Positions 1 to 11,981 of a DNA stretch of 64,000 nucleotides are shown here, piece after piece. Under the pieces are notes generated by a model. It saw nothing but the letters and a program-made list of their open reading frames with translations. It was not told the origin of the DNA and did no database searches. Source of the stretch: an uncultured Rhizobium sp. (GTDB lineage: Bacteria > Pseudomonadota > Alphaproteobacteria > Micropepsales > Micropepsaceae). The number at the start of each line of letters is the position of its first letter. Position 1 is the stretch's first letter. Where the stretch lies: NCBI GenBank assembly GCA_964572805.1, contig CAZNGO010000043.1, positions 47,568-111,567 of the forward strand, read 5' to 3'. A program made the position numbers and the translations under genes.

Positions 1-160
1 GGCGGGCGGCGCCGCTCAACCGACGGTACCGCCCGCCCCTGGGCCGAACCCTGGCGCACACGCCGGAGAAGACGCAGCGCCGGCCGGGACCATCCATCGG
101 GGGCGGACGGACCGGCATGGGTACAATTACAGGTTGTATCACCGGGTACTGAACGTCCGG

Positions 161-859
161 TTAAGGCAGCAGCGCCAGCAGCGCTTCCTGGTTGGGGGCG
201 GCCGCCACCCGGATGGCGGCAAAGAGCCCCGCAGGCAGTACGGCAGCGGTGGCCGGGCTGATGCAGAAGGCGGTCACGCCCTGAAGCGGCAAGTCTGGCG
301 CCTGTTCCAGGAAGGCGCGGGCGCTGCGGGGCGAAAAGAACAGCGCCGCATCCAGCGCGCCGCCGCGCAAGGCCTCAGCCGCTTCGGGCGCCAGCTTCAC
401 GACTTCCACGGCATAGAGAATCTCCCGCCGCACGGCATAGCCCTTTTCCTCCAGCGCCTGCGCCAGATTGCCGGCGCTGTCCTGGCCGCAGACATGCAGC
501 AGCGCGCCGGCACTGGGCGCAAGCCAGCGCGGCACGGCGGCTGCCAATGCATGTGCGTCACCATCGGCATTTTCGACGCGCAGAAACCCGGCAGCGCGGG
601 CCGCTTCAGCAGTCTGCGGTCCTACCGCGAAAACCGGAATGTCGCGCCGGAGGGAGGTCAAAGACATGCGGCGAACCAGCGCCCGCACCCCATTGGCCGA
701 AGTGGCCAGGATGGCGGCGACGCCGGAAAGCTCCAGCTTCGGACCGTCCAGCCAGCGTGTTTCCAGCAGCGGCGCCAGCAGCGCCTGGTGGCCGCGCGCG
801 GCCAGCCGGGCCGCAACCGCCGCGCCATCTTCCTGCGGCCGTGTGACTAGAATGCGCAT
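161..859 (-). CDS. hemD: uroporphyrinogen-III synthase
   Basis: Track ORF 161..982(-). The internal ATG at 859 gives MRILVTRPQEDGAAVAARLAARGHQALLAPLLE..., a HemD-like N-terminus and a length of about 232 aa. The 41 upstream codons are Pro/Arg-rich read-through. Confidence 0.75.
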   Translation of the reverse strand: MRILVTRPQEDGAAVAARLAARGHQALLAPLLETRWLDGPKLELSGVAAILATSANGVRALVRRMSLTSLRRDIPVFAVGPQTAEAARAAGFLRVENADGDAHALAAAVPRWLAPSAGALLHVCGQDSAGNLAQALEEKGYAVRREILYAVEVVKLAPEAAEALRGGALDAALFFSPRSARAFLEQAPDLPLQGVTAFCISPATAAVLPAGLFAAIRVAAAPNQEALLALLP

Positions 860-885
860 CGCCCGGTGGGGTAAAGGACCACCCC

Positions 886-1953
<1,068 letters not shown>

Positions 1954-1963
1954 CCGCCGGAGC

Positions 1964-2092
1964 CTAGAATGCGACGGCGACCGCGAGCAGCAGGACAAAG
2001 CCGCTGACCAGAGCGGCGGCATGGGAGAGAAGGTCGGAAACCTGCTCGGCAGTGCTGGGCTGTTCCGGGGCGATGGCGATAAGACGGGACAC
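1964..2092 (-). CDS. candidate 42-aa small membrane protein (unannotated)
   Basis: Below the track size cutoff. A GTG at 2092 is preceded about 6 nt upstream by GAAGGAG. It encodes VSRLIAIAPEQPSTAEQVSDLLSHAAALVSGFVLLLAVAVAF with a C-terminal hydrophobic helix and a TAG stop at 1964-1966. An AT-rich tract lies upstream. Confidence 0.35.
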   Translation of the reverse strand: MSRLIAIAPEQPSTAEQVSDLLSHAAALVSGFVLLLAVAVAF

Positions 2093-2280
2093 GGGATGCT
2101 CCTTCGATAGGCGACTGTGTTGCAGTGCAATATATCTCCTTCGTACCGCGTTTCAAGTATGTCTATTTATGACTATTTTGCATGTCTTAACTTTTAATGC
2201 ATTGATATATATGAAGTAATTCCTATTTTCTGACTGGAATTAACCCGCTGTGCAGTTGCAGCATGGAAGGGCTGCGAAGA

Positions 2281-3075
2281 ATGAAAATCGCCACCTGGAA
2301 CATCAATTCCGTGCGTCACCGCATCAATCTGGTGGGACGCTTCCTGCGGGAAAAGCAGCCCGATGTGCTCTGCCTGCAGGAGACCAAGGTCGAGAATGGG
2401 CTGTTCCCGGCCCTGCCCTTCCACAAGCTGGGCTATATTCACCAGGCCATTCACGGCCAGAAGGCCTATCACGGGGTGGCGGTGCTCTCGCGCCTGCCTT
2501 TTCGCAAAACCGGGATGCAGGATTTCTGCCGCGAAGGTCATGCCAGGCACATGGGCGTCACGCTCCAGAACGGACTGGAGCTGCACAATTTCTATGTGCC
2601 GGCCGGCGGCGACATTCCCGATCCCCGGGTGAACGGGAAATTCGATCACAAGCTGCATTTCCTGCGCGAGATGGAGCACTTCTTCGCCAGACGAAAAGCC
2701 GGGCGGAATGATCCGGTGCTGCTGCTCGGCGATCTCAATGTCGCGCCGCTGGAAAGCGATGTCTGGAGCCACAAGCAGCTGCTGGACGTGGTCAGCCACA
2801 CCCCGGTCGAAACCAAGCTGTTCGGCGAGGCCCAGGCGGCCTTCGACTGGACCGATGTGACGCGGCGCTTCGTGCCGCCGGAAGAGAAAATATATTCCTG
2901 GTGGAGCTATCGCGCCGCCGACTGGGAAGCGTCAGATCGCGGCCGGCGGCTGGATCATGTCTGGGCCAGCCCCGGCGCCGCCGGCGCGCTGAAGGGCCAG
3001 ACCATCTTCAGGAAGATGCGCGGCTGGCAGAAAGCCAGCGACCATGTGCCGGTGATGGTGGAGCTGGATATCTGA
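2281..3075 (+). CDS. xthA: exodeoxyribonuclease III
   Basis: MKIATWNINSVRHR...DVLCLQETK... matches the ExoIII/AP-endonuclease family. The ATG at 2281 lies inside track ORF 2263..3075. Confidence 0.9.
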   Translation: MKIATWNINSVRHRINLVGRFLREKQPDVLCLQETKVENGLFPALPFHKLGYIHQAIHGQKAYHGVAVLSRLPFRKTGMQDFCREGHARHMGVTLQNGLELHNFYVPAGGDIPDPRVNGKFDHKLHFLREMEHFFARRKAGRNDPVLLLGDLNVAPLESDVWSHKQLLDVVSHTPVETKLFGEAQAAFDWTDVTRRFVPPEEKIYSWWSYRAADWEASDRGRRLDHVWASPGAAGALKGQTIFRKMRGWQKASDHVPVMVELDI

Positions 3076-3159
3076 GCCAACCATTGCCCGGCCTCGCGTC
3101 GCGTTTGGGCGCGCGCCGCTGCGGCGTTCGGGCGGGCAAAAGGTCCACCGGACCTTTTG

Positions 3160-4125
3160 CTAATCCGCCCTCACCCAGAACCGTTTCATGCCCTTGAAAT
3201 CGCGATAGCGCTTCATCGCCTTCCTGGCGTGCGCGTCGCGCCCGGCGGCGCAATGGCCGGCAAACAGCCCGGCGCTGTAGCCGATTTCAGCCACCAGGCC
3301 GACCCGCAGCAATTCGGCGATGGTGGCCCGGGCATGGGCGATATCGTTGAGATGGCCCAGCTGTTCCTGCAGCCGCTTCAGCGCCGCAAGATAGGGCCTG
3401 GTCTTCTTCTTGCTGTAGAGCGGGGCAAAAGCCTGGGCGACATAGCGCAGCTTCTTCAGGGAAATGCGCAGCCGATGGAGATCGCGCTCCTCGAGACCGC
3501 GCGCCTTGCGGCCACGCTTTTCCGCTCGCCTTGCCGCCGTCTCAAGCAGCCCGCGCGCCACGCGCTTGAGCTTCTTGCCGCCGTCCATCGGCAGGTTGGA
3601 ACGGGAAAGCGCGGCGACATCATCCAGCAGATGACTGAAATCCTCCGACGCCAGGCAGGTCTCGACCCCTGCCCAGGCTTCGTCGCGCAGGGCTTCGGCA
3701 TCGCGGCGCAGGGCGGCGAAATCCCCGCCCCCGCCCGTCGCCGCGGGCCACAGATCGTCCAGAAAAACATCCAGATCGCGGGCCGGCGAGAGCTTGGCCG
3801 ACAGCGCCTTGGTGCGGCTGCGCAGATCGGCGAACCAGTCCTGCTCGAAGGCCTTGCCGAAAGCCCCCAGCATCACTTCCAGCCTTCTCAGCGCCACCCG
3901 CAGCTGATGCAGCGCCGGGACGGAGCGGCCGGCGCGCAGCACGCCGGCCTGGGCCGAGGCCGCGCCCAGGCAATCGGTCAGGATGGCGCGAAAGGCCTCG
4001 TCGGCGCGCAGCTTGCGGCTCAGCTTCAGACGCACCTGCTTGCCGGTGGCGGCAGCGCGCAGCAGCCGCTGGGTGCCATGACTGGGGCGGGCGCTGGAGT
4101 GGCGAACGGCAACCAGGTCTTCCAT
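3160..4125 (-). CDS. CHAD domain-containing protein
   Basis: Repeated helices of the type LHRLRISLKKLRYVAQAF and LHQLRVALRRLEVMLGAF are characteristic of CHAD domains. Confidence 0.7.
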   Translation of the reverse strand: MEDLVAVRHSSARPSHGTQRLLRAAATGKQVRLKLSRKLRADEAFRAILTDCLGAASAQAGVLRAGRSVPALHQLRVALRRLEVMLGAFGKAFEQDWFADLRSRTKALSAKLSPARDLDVFLDDLWPAATGGGGDFAALRRDAEALRDEAWAGVETCLASEDFSHLLDDVAALSRSNLPMDGGKKLKRVARGLLETAARRAEKRGRKARGLEERDLHRLRISLKKLRYVAQAFAPLYSKKKTRPYLAALKRLQEQLGHLNDIAHARATIAELLRVGLVAEIGYSAGLFAGHCAAGRDAHARKAMKRYRDFKGMKRFWVRAD

Positions 4126-4144
4126 GCGCCGGACTTAGCGCAAA

Positions 4145-4906
4145 TCAGATCGGGCGTACAGGGATGCCCGCCGCAGACAAGGCCGCTTTGGCTTGCGCCA
4201 CGCTGACTTCGCCGAAATGGAAGATGGACGCGGCGAGCACGGCGCTGGCATGGCCTTTTGTGACACCATCGACCAGGTCCTGCGCGGAACCGACGCCGCC
4301 GGATGCGATTACCGGCACCGGCACGGCGTCGGCAACAGCGCGGGTGAGCGCCAGATCATAGCCCGACTTGACGCCATCGCGGTCCATCGAGGTGAGCAGC
4401 ACCTCGCCGGCGCCGAAACCGGCCAGCTTCCTGGCATGTTCCACCGCGTCGATGCCGGTCTCGCGCCGCCCGCCATGGGTGTAGATCTCGTAGCGCCCGG
4501 AGGGCGCCATCTTGGCGTCGATGGCGGCGACGATGCACTGGCTGCCGAATTTCTCCGCCGCCTCGGCGACGAATTCCGGCCGCGCCACGGCGGCCGAGTT
4601 GATCGAGACCTTGTCGGCGCCCGCCAGCAGCAGGGCGCGGATATCCTTCAGTTCGCGCACGCCGCCGCCCACGGTGAGCGGCATGAAACAGACTTCCGCC
4701 GTGCGCCGCACCACATCCAGCATGGTGCCACGCGCCTCATGGCTGGCGGTGATATCGAGAAAGCAGAGTTCGTCGGCCCCGGCCTGGTCGTAGATGATGG
4801 CCTGCTCCACCGGGTCGCCGGCATCGCGCAGGGATTCGAAGTTGATCCCCTTGACGACGCGGCCGTCCTTCACATCCAGGCAGGGAATGACGCGGACTTT
4901 TAGCAT
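4145..4906 (-). CDS. hisF: imidazole glycerol phosphate synthase cyclase subunit
   Basis: [34 protein letters not shown]...FLDITAS.... The ATG at 4906 lies inside track ORF 4145..5029. Confidence 0.95.
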   Translation of the reverse strand: MLKVRVIPCLDVKDGRVVKGINFESLRDAGDPVEQAIIYDQAGADELCFLDITASHEARGTMLDVVRRTAEVCFMPLTVGGGVRELKDIRALLLAGADKVSINSAAVARPEFVAEAAEKFGSQCIVAAIDAKMAPSGRYEIYTHGGRRETGIDAVEHARKLAGFGAGEVLLTSMDRDGVKSGYDLALTRAVADAVPVPVIASGGVGSAQDLVDGVTKGHASAVLAASIFHFGEVSVAQAKAALSAAGIPVRPI

Positions 4907-4907
4907 G

Positions 4908-5930
4908 TCAACGCGCCTTCGCCATGGCGGCGATGCTGAGCAGGGTGCGGCCGGTGACGGCTTCGGGCGGCACGGCAGTGGTGCGGCTGAGGGCCTCGGC
5001 CTCCAGCAGCATGTCCAGCGCCTCGCCAAGACGATCGCTGTTCCAGGCCCGCGCCTGCGCCTTGAAGGAATCGCTGCGGGAAAAATGGATCGGCGGGAAG
5101 AAGCGCTTCATCACTGTCTCAAGCTGCTCGCCGCGCGCCATGCCTTCCTTCGCCAGCATCAGGCGCTGGAAATGGCCCATGGCGCCCCGGATTACCTGGC
5201 TGGGATGGGTGTCCGCCGCCCACAATCTTTCCAGTTCCAGATCGAGCCGGGCATAATCGCCGCTGCCCGCCGCATCGAAGGCGCTTTCACCGCGCGCCTG
5301 GGCTTCGTCGCCCAGCACCGCCTGCACATCCTCGGCGCTGATCTGCTTGCGGCCATGGGCATAGAGCGCCAGCTTTTCCAGCTCCCGCCGCGTCACGCCG
5401 CGGTCGCTGCCCAGCCGCGCCACCGCTTCCTCCACCGCACCGGGCGCCAGGGAAAAGCCCAACGCGCGCAATTCATCCCGCACCACATCGGCAAGGTCGC
5501 GGGCGGAATCGGGATAGCAGGGAATCGCGGCAGCCTTGCCATCGCCTTCGAACAGCTTGCGCAGGGCGGACGATTTGGCGAGGTCGCCGGCTTCCAGCAC
5601 CACCAGCGCGTCGCCGGCGTGGTTTTCGAGAAAGGATTCGAAAAGATCGGCCAGTTCATTGCCGGCGCCGCGGACGCGGATCACCCGCCGCCCGCCCATC
5701 ATGGAAATGGCGGCGGCCTCGTCGAACAGAAGCGCCGGATCGGCCAGCAGCGCCGCCTCGCCCAGTTCCACGGCGTTGAAGGGATCATTGAGGTCGCTCA
5801 CCACGGTCTTCAGCAATTTCTCGGCCCGCTCCTGCACCAGGCCGGCATCGGGACCGAAGACCAGCGCCGCCTCCAATCCCTTCGGCGGGGCGGCAGCGAA
5901 GCGGTCAGCTTCGTGGTTCTTGATTATCAT
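4908..5930 (-). CDS. holA: DNA polymerase III subunit delta
   Basis: 340 aa, beginning [11 protein letters not shown]...[18 protein letters not shown]. It follows lptE, as in the conserved leuS-lptE-holA arrangement. Confidence 0.85.
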   Translation of the reverse strand: MIIKNHEADRFAAAPPKGLEAALVFGPDAGLVQERAEKLLKTVVSDLNDPFNAVELGEAALLADPALLFDEAAAISMMGGRRVIRVRGAGNELADLFESFLENHAGDALVVLEAGDLAKSSALRKLFEGDGKAAAIPCYPDSARDLADVVRDELRALGFSLAPGAVEEAVARLGSDRGVTRRELEKLALYAHGRKQISAEDVQAVLGDEAQARGESAFDAAGSGDYARLDLELERLWAADTHPSQVIRGAMGHFQRLMLAKEGMARGEQLETVMKRFFPPIHFSRSDSFKAQARAWNSDRLGEALDMLLEAEALSRTTAVPPEAVTGRTLLSIAAMAKAR

Positions 5931-6403
5931 CGCCGCCGCCGGAAATAGGCCGCGAGGTCGAGGCGGATGCGCTCGGCGATATCCTCGGCGGCGCGTTTGT
6001 CGGCGTCCTGCTGCGCCGCCATGGTGGCATAGGGCGAAGAGGTGACGTTGTAGGCCGTCAGGCCGGTCTGGCTGCCTTCGGTCAGGGTCTTGCCGTTCAG
6101 GTCGGTGAGAACGAAATTGACCGCCAGCGTGTCGTTGTAGCGGGTAATGGCGGCGTCGTTGCGCAGCGCCACGCCCTGATTGCTTTCACGCAAGGTGACG
6201 GTGAGGCGGTAGCGCTTGCCAGCCGCCCGCCCATCCGAGCCCAGCAGGTCGATCAGGGTGTTGCGCAATTCATAGCCGTCGCGCTCGCCCATCGGCTCGA
6301 CATAGACGCTGGCAAGCTGGGGCGAGAGGCCGGGGCCGTACATGGGCTGGAAGCCGCAACCGGCGAGCAGAAAAGCGAATGCGAGGGTGGCCCGCGTCTT
6401 CAT
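5927..6403 (-). CDS. lptE: LPS-assembly lipoprotein
   Basis: Lipoprotein signal with lipobox LLAGCGF. ATGA overlap with the leuS stop. Synteny supports the call. Confidence 0.8.
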   Translation of the reverse strand: MKTRATLAFAFLLAGCGFQPMYGPGLSPQLASVYVEPMGERDGYELRNTLIDLLGSDGRAAGKRYRLTVTLRESNQGVALRNDAAITRYNDTLAVNFVLTDLNGKTLTEGSQTGLTAYNVTSSPYATMAAQQDADKRAAEDIAERIRLDLAAYFRRRR

Positions 6404-8943
6404 GCCACGATATTAACGATCCGGCCCGGGACCACGATGACTTTCTTGGGCGCGGCGCCGCCCAGGGCGCGCTTTATCTCGTCCAGCGCCAGCGCCGCCT
6501 GCTCCACCGCCGCCTTGTCGGCGGTTTTGGCGATCTGGAAGGTGGCGCGCAGCTTGCCATTGACCTGCACCGGATAGGTGACCCTGTCCGTTTCCAGCAG
6601 GGCGGGATCGTGTTTTGGCCATGCCGTTTCCACCACCAGGGTCTGGTGGCCCAGCGCCTGCCAGCAGCTTTCGGCCAGGTGCGGCATCATCGGCGCCGAC
6701 AGCAGCACCAGCGCCTCCAGCGCCTCACGGCAGGCGGAAGGATTGGCGGCGGCGCCATCCTGCACGGCATTGGCCAGGATGTAGAGCTGGGCAACGGCGC
6801 TGTTGAAACGCAGGCCTTCCAGATGCTCGGTGACGCCGGCGATCGCCTTGTGCGTCGCCGTCCGCAGCGCCTTGGAAGCGCCATCGTCGGCGGACGGCGC
6901 GGTGCCGGGAGCGGGCAGGCCCTCGGCCTCGGTCACCAGCCGGTGCACCCGCTGGACAAAACGCCAGCAGCCTTCGGCCCCGGCATCGGTCCATTCGATA
7001 TCGCGTTCCGGCGGGGTGTCGGACAGCATGAACCAGCGGATGGTGTCGGCGCCGTAATCCTCGATGATGGCTTCCGGCGCGATCACATTCTTCTTCGACT
7101 TGGACATTTTCTCCGAGGGGCCGATCGCCACTTCGGTGTCCGTGCCGTTCAGATACGCCTTGGACCCACGCTTCTCGACATCTTCCGGCGAAACCCATTC
7201 GCCGGCGGCGTTCCTGTAGGTCTCGTGGCAGACCATGCCCTGGGTGAACAGGCCGGCGAACGGCTCCTTGACGCCCACCAGCTCCAGCCGGTTCAGGGCG
7301 CGGGTGAAGAAGCGGGCATAGAGCAGATGCAGAATGGCGTGCTCGATGCCGCCGATATACTGGTCAACCGCCATCCAGTAGTCGGCGGCCTTGCGGTTCA
7401 CCGGCTCGCCCGCCCTGGGATCGCAGAAGCGCAGGAAGTACCAGGAGGAATCCGCGAAAGTGTCCAATGTGTCGGTGTCGCGCACCGCCGGGCCGCTGCA
7501 GCCGGGACAGGTCGTGTTCTTCCAGGCGAGATCGCGGTCCAGCGGATTGCCGGTGCGCGAGAAATCGATCTTCTCCGGCAGCAGCACCGGCAGGGCGCTT
7601 TCCGGCAACGGCACCATGCCGCACTTTTCGCAATGCACGACGGGAATCGGGCAGCCCCAGGGCCGCTGGCGCGACACCAGCCAGTCGCGCAGCCGGTAAT
7701 TCACCGTGCGGGTGCCAATGCCGGCGTTCTCCAGGCGGGTGGCGACTTCGTTCTTGGCCGCCTCCACGCTCATGCCGTCGAGGAAACGGGAGTTGGCCAG
7801 CCTGCCGGGGCCGGTATAGGCCTCCTTGCCGATCTTGAAAGCCGCCACATCGGCCTCTTCCGGCACCACCACCGGCGTCACCGGCAGGCCATATTTGCGA
7901 GCGAAATCCAGGTCGCGCTGGTCATGCGCCGGGCAGCCGAAAATCGCGCCGGTGCCGTAACCCATCAGCACGAAATTGGCCACCATCACCGGCAGCTTCC
8001 AGTTTTCGTCGAACGGGTGCGTGGCGGTGAGGCCGGTGTCGAAGCCCAGCTTTTCGGCCTTCTCGATTTCGGCTTCCGCCGTGCCGGTCTTGCGGCATTC
8101 GGCGATGAAATCCCGCAGCCCGGGACTGTTCGCCGCCAGCTCCTGGGTCAGGGGATGGTCGGGCGACAGCGCCACGAAAGAAGCACCGAACAGCGTGTCA
8201 GGACGAGTGGTGAAGACATCCAGCTTGCGCGCGTCTGAAAGCGTGAACTGGAACTTCAGCCCCTCGCTGCGGCCGATCCAGTTCTTCTGCATCAGCCGGA
8301 CTTTTTCCGGCCAGCGCTCCAGCGTGTCCAGCGCCTCCAGCAGTTCGGGCGCGAACTGGGTGATGCGGAAGAACCACTGGCTCAGCTTGCGCCGCTCCAC
8401 CACCGCGCCGGAGCGCCAGCCGCGCCCGTCAATCACCTGCTCGTTGGCCAGCACGGTCATGTCGACCGGATCCCAGTTGACGTCGGCCTCGCCGCGATAG
8501 ACGAAGCCGGCCTGCAGAAAACGCAGGAACAGCTTCTGCTGCTGGTGGTAATAGGCAGGATCGCAGGTGGCGAATTCGCGGCTCCAGTCGATGGAAAGCC
8601 CCATCAGCTTCAGCTGCGCGCGCATGTGCGCGATGTTCTCGTAGGTCCAGTCGCGGGGCGAGACGTTCTTCTCCCGCGCCGCATTCTCCGCCGGCAGGCC
8701 GAAGGCATCCCAGCCCATCGGATGCAGCACGCTGTAGCCCTGGGCGCGGCGGAAGCGGGCGATGACGTCGCCCATGGTGTAGTTGCGGGTATGGCCGACA
8801 TGGATGCGCCCCGACGGATAGGGGAACATCTCCAGCACATAGCATTTGGGGGCGTCAGAATGCTCCGGCGTCAGGAAGGACTTTTTCTCGTCCCAGACTT
8901 TCTGCCAGTGCGTTTCCGACTCTTTGGCGTTGTAGCGCGCCAT
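6400..8943 (-). CDS. leuS: leucine--tRNA ligase
   Basis: [19 protein letters not shown]..., with class I motifs HVGHTRNY and KMSKSKKN. The ATG is at 8943. The track ORF reaches 9837 only by read-through across the upstream gene. Confidence 0.97.
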   Translation of the reverse strand: MARYNAKESETHWQKVWDEKKSFLTPEHSDAPKCYVLEMFPYPSGRIHVGHTRNYTMGDVIARFRRAQGYSVLHPMGWDAFGLPAENAAREKNVSPRDWTYENIAHMRAQLKLMGLSIDWSREFATCDPAYYHQQQKLFLRFLQAGFVYRGEADVNWDPVDMTVLANEQVIDGRGWRSGAVVERRKLSQWFFRITQFAPELLEALDTLERWPEKVRLMQKNWIGRSEGLKFQFTLSDARKLDVFTTRPDTLFGASFVALSPDHPLTQELAANSPGLRDFIAECRKTGTAEAEIEKAEKLGFDTGLTATHPFDENWKLPVMVANFVLMGYGTGAIFGCPAHDQRDLDFARKYGLPVTPVVVPEEADVAAFKIGKEAYTGPGRLANSRFLDGMSVEAAKNEVATRLENAGIGTRTVNYRLRDWLVSRQRPWGCPIPVVHCEKCGMVPLPESALPVLLPEKIDFSRTGNPLDRDLAWKNTTCPGCSGPAVRDTDTLDTFADSSWYFLRFCDPRAGEPVNRKAADYWMAVDQYIGGIEHAILHLLYARFFTRALNRLELVGVKEPFAGLFTQGMVCHETYRNAAGEWVSPEDVEKRGSKAYLNGTDTEVAIGPSEKMSKSKKNVIAPEAIIEDYGADTIRWFMLSDTPPERDIEWTDAGAEGCWRFVQRVHRLVTEAEGLPAPGTAPSADDGASKALRTATHKAIAGVTEHLEGLRFNSAVAQLYILANAVQDGAAANPSACREALEALVLLSAPMMPHLAESCWQALGHQTLVVETAWPKHDPALLETDRVTYPVQVNGKLRATFQIAKTADKAAVEQAALALDEIKRALGGAAPKKVIVVPGRIVNIVA

Positions 8944-8948
8944 CCGAT

Positions 8949-9404
8949 TTACTTGTTGGATGTGCTCATGGTGGCGAGACGCAGTTCCCGCGCCTTGGTC
9001 AGGACCACGTCTTCCAGCTTGTGCGCCGTGTCCGGATTGGGCTGGGCGTCGCTCCACACGCCGTTGACGCGGGTCTGGCGGAACACCACCAGCTTGAGGC
9101 CGTCGGCGCGCAAGGTGCGGTCCATGATATAGGCCGTCACTTTCAGCCGCTCGTCCGGCGTGGCGGGGGTGGAGTACCAGTCGGTGATGATGACCCCGCC
9201 GAAGGGATCGGCCGAGGCCAGCGGCAGGCTGACCAGCGTTTCCAGCGTCGCCTGCCAGAGATAGGTGTTCACCCCCAGGGTGACGCGGCTGGTGGTGCCG
9301 GCGATGGCAGTGGGATTGTCTTCCATGTACCTGGAGGCGTCGTCGGAGGATGAGCCGCACCCGGCCAGGATACCGGCGCACAGCAGAACGGGCAGAATTC
9401 GCAT
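8949..9404 (-). CDS. DUF3576-type lipoprotein
   Basis: Signal peptide plus lipobox (ILAGCGSS). I recall this family lying directly upstream of leuS in alphaproteobacteria. Confidence 0.7.
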   Translation of the reverse strand: MRILPVLLCAGILAGCGSSSDDASRYMEDNPTAIAGTTSRVTLGVNTYLWQATLETLVSLPLASADPFGGVIITDWYSTPATPDERLKVTAYIMDRTLRADGLKLVVFRQTRVNGVWSDAQPNPDTAHKLEDVVLTKARELRLATMSTSNK

Positions 9405-9597
9405 CGGCTCGACTTAACCCTTGTTTGACCGGCGCCGCCGGAACTTGACCGGCCTTGCCATCGTGGCGCCCCGCTTGAAAGGGCTTATAGCGGCGGGTCT
9501 GCCGCCACGCAACTTCGCGGGCCTTGCGCCACCGGGGCCAGTTCGGCTTATTTTGGAAGCACTTAAGGCAGGAGCAGATTTGCGCAGATACCGGGCA

Positions 9598-10758
9598 ATG
9601 GCGCTGGCGATAGCCGGCCTGACGACGCCGGCCGGCGCGCAGACCCTGGAGCCGCTGACCCTGCCGGTGGGCGGCGCCGAACTCAGCCTGGGCGGGGCAG
9701 CGCGTGGCGCCCTGTTTTCCGCCGACCAGCCCGGCTCGGCCGCCGACATTGCCGGCGTCGCCAAGCTGACCGCCCGGCTGCAGCAGACCGATGACACCGG
9801 CCTGGCCACCAGCCTGAACGGCACCTTGGCGGTGCATGACCGGCTTTCCTTCGGCCGCTATGACGGTGATCTGCTGGAAAAACTATATGGCGAGGCCCGC
9901 ACCGGGCTTGGCACGGTGCGCCTGGGCCTGGTGGACGGCGCCAGCGCCCAACTGGCGGTGGCGGGACCGGTAGCCGACACGGCGGTGTCGCTGAACGATC
10001 CCAGCGTCACCTTCTTCCGCGACAATGCCGGCGCGGCGGTAGCCGGCATCTTCACCCTGCGCACGCCGGGCGGACCTTCCTCCAACTACGCCAAGATCGA
10101 AGTCGAGACGCCCGACCTTTCGCAATTCCTGGGCATGGATGTGCGCCTGGCGCTCTCCTTCGCGCCCGGCGAAGGCAAGAATGTGCTGCCCTTCCTGGCG
10201 GCTGGGCCGCAGGTTGCGGGGCGGCAGGCCGACATGTGGGAAGGCGCCGTCCGCTATGGCACCAGTTTCGGATCCTTGAATGTGTCCGCCTATGGCGGCG
10301 CATCGTTCGGCCGTGCCGAGCACAAGCTGCCGGGACAGGAAGGGGTCAGCGACTATGCGGCGGGCCTGCGCGGCGATTACACCGTGAACGACGCTCTCAC
10401 CCTTTCCCTGGGCGGCGCCTTTCATTCCTCCAATGCCTATGCCTTCAACATCAACCAGAGCCTTGCCGGTGCGACCACCCGCATCGTCCATCTCAGCGGC
10501 GGCGCGACGTTTGAAAAGTGGAGCGCCTCGCTGGAATATGGCAGCGGCGTTGCGGGCGCCACGGCGGGGCTGTCTCGCATCGGCCTGAACGGGATGGAAA
10601 CGCAGATCGCCCGCACGGTCAGCGACAGCGTGCTGGCCTCGCTGGGCTGGCAGCACCTGATTTATGGCCGCGACAGCGGCACCTTCTATGACGGCTCACG
10701 GCGGCTGTCGCTGGATGCGGTCTTCGTGCACCTCAGCCTTCGGACAAAGCCGTTATAG
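9598..10758 (+). CDS. putative outer-membrane beta-barrel (porin-like) protein
   Basis: The ATG at 9598 gives [15 protein letters not shown] (signal-like). The body is Gly/Ser/Ala-rich with alternating hydrophobic strands. No family was recognised and there is no terminal aromatic residue. Confidence 0.4.
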   Translation: MALAIAGLTTPAGAQTLEPLTLPVGGAELSLGGAARGALFSADQPGSAADIAGVAKLTARLQQTDDTGLATSLNGTLAVHDRLSFGRYDGDLLEKLYGEARTGLGTVRLGLVDGASAQLAVAGPVADTAVSLNDPSVTFFRDNAGAAVAGIFTLRTPGGPSSNYAKIEVETPDLSQFLGMDVRLALSFAPGEGKNVLPFLAAGPQVAGRQADMWEGAVRYGTSFGSLNVSAYGGASFGRAEHKLPGQEGVSDYAAGLRGDYTVNDALTLSLGGAFHSSNAYAFNINQSLAGATTRIVHLSGGATFEKWSASLEYGSGVAGATAGLSRIGLNGMETQIARTVSDSVLASLGWQHLIYGRDSGTFYDGSRRLSLDAVFVHLSLRTKPL

Positions 10759-11296
10759 CGGCGATGCCGGCGAAAGACGGCGCCAGCAGGCCGGCATTGC
10801 GGTCCGTGACGCCGCCCAGGGCATAAACCGGCACGGGCGAGGCCGCCGCAATGAAGGCGGCGCGCGCCGCCGAGAGCGGTGGCGCACCGGGATGGCTGGC
10901 GGTTGCGAAGACCGGCGAGAGGAAGGCGGCGTCGAGATGACTCAGCGTCATCAGGGCGCGCAGCGAATGGGCGCTGGCGGTGATGATCCAGCCGGGATGG
11001 CGGACGCGCCAATGCGCCGCCTCGCGCGCCCGCGCCTGCGGCAGATGCAGGCCATCGGCGCCCCGCGCCAATTCCGGATCATCCGCGACCAGCAGTTTCA
11101 GCCCCGGCAGCGGCGACATGACGTCAAGCAACGCCGCGCGCCGCTTCGCCTCCCGGCTGCGGATGACGATAGCGCTGCCGCGCGGCAGGCGGCGGGCGGC
11201 GGCGGGCCAGTCGCGGCCGCTGTCATCGGTGAAGAGAACAAGTGGCATCGCCGCATTGAGGCGGCGCTGCTGCCTTGCTAGTTTTGACACTGACAT
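10733..11296 (-). CDS. thiamine phosphate synthase family protein (ThiE/TenI-like)
   Basis: ...LKLLVADDPELARGADGLHLPQ...ASAHS...LSPVFATASHPGAPPL...VYALGGV. The start is ambiguous (11296 or 11248). Confidence 0.65.
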   Translation of the reverse strand: MSVSKLARQQRRLNAAMPLVLFTDDSGRDWPAAARRLPRGSAIVIRSREAKRRAALLDVMSPLPGLKLLVADDPELARGADGLHLPQARAREAAHWRVRHPGWIITASAHSLRALMTLSHLDAAFLSPVFATASHPGAPPLSAARAAFIAAASPVPVYALGGVTDRNAGLLAPSFAGIAAITALSEG

Positions 11297-11981
11297 GAGC
11301 ATTCCGGAAAACCTGGCCGTCATTCTGGCCCGCATCGAAGCGGCGCGAAAGGCCGCCGTCAAACCGGCGCCCGCCACCCATCTGGTGGCGGTATCCAAGA
11401 CGGTGGACGCGGCCGGCATCCGCGAAGCTCTGGCGGCAGGCCAGCGACGCTTTGGCGAGAACCGGGTGCAGGAAGCGGCGGGCAAATTTCCGGCGCTGAA
11501 AGCCGAGTATCCCGATCTTGAACTGCACCTGATCGGCCCCTTGCAGAGCAACAAGGCGAAGGACGCGATGGCGCTGTTCGATGTCATCGAAACCCTGGAC
11601 CGGGTGAAACTGGCCGATGCCCTTGCGGCGGAGCGCGACAAGGGCAGCAAATGTCCCCGCCTCTTTATTCAGGTCAACACCGGCGAAGAACCCCAGAAGG
11701 CCGGTGTGCTGCCCGCCGACCTGGATGGCCTTTTCGTCCATGCCCGCGGCTTGGGCCTGCCGGTGGAAGGGCTGATGTGCATTCCCCCCGTCGACGACGA
11801 TGCCGCGCCGCATTTCGCCTTCCTGCTCAAACGGGCGCGCGATCTGGGCCTCGGCAATCTCAGCATGGGCATGAGCGGGGATTTCGAGCTGGCGATCCGG
11901 TTCGGCGCGACCCATGTGCGGGTGGGGAGCGCGATTTTTGGCGAGCGGAGCTATTCCACCACCACCGCGTCGCCCGGCTGA
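11295..11981 (+). CDS. yggS: YggS family pyridoxal-phosphate homeostasis protein
   Basis: LVAVSKT (PLP lysine), RFGENRVQE, HLIGPLQSNK, LSMGMSGDFELAI. The ATG at 11295 lies inside track ORF 10980..11981. Confidence 0.9.
   Translation: MSIPENLAVILARIEAARKAAVKPAPATHLVAVSKTVDAAGIREALAAGQRRFGENRVQEAAGKFPALKAEYPDLELHLIGPLQSNKAKDAMALFDVIETLDRVKLADALAAERDKGSKCPRLFIQVNTGEEPQKAGVLPADLDGLFVHARGLGLPVEGLMCIPPVDDDAAPHFAFLLKRARDLGLGNLSMGMSGDFELAIRFGATHVRVGSAIFGERSYSTTTASPG

Noticed and set aside
6379-8238. Long plus-strand ORF (619 aa) antisense to leuS. Similar long antisense ORFs occur at 13820..15178(-), 28023..29951(+), 29566..31305(+), 35462..36952(+), 35892..37448(+), 39244..40827(-), 40839..41918(-) and 42048..43070(-).
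   Set aside because: Each lies opposite a gene with unmistakable family motifs. Their translations are Arg/Gly/Ala/Pro-rich and repetitive, as expected for stop-poor antisense frames in high-GC DNA.
8944-9837. N-terminal 298-codon extension of the leuS track ORF
   Set aside because: The LeuS similarity starts at [13 protein letters not shown] (ATG 8943). The extension reads through the separately supported DUF3576 lipoprotein gene in another frame and is low complexity.
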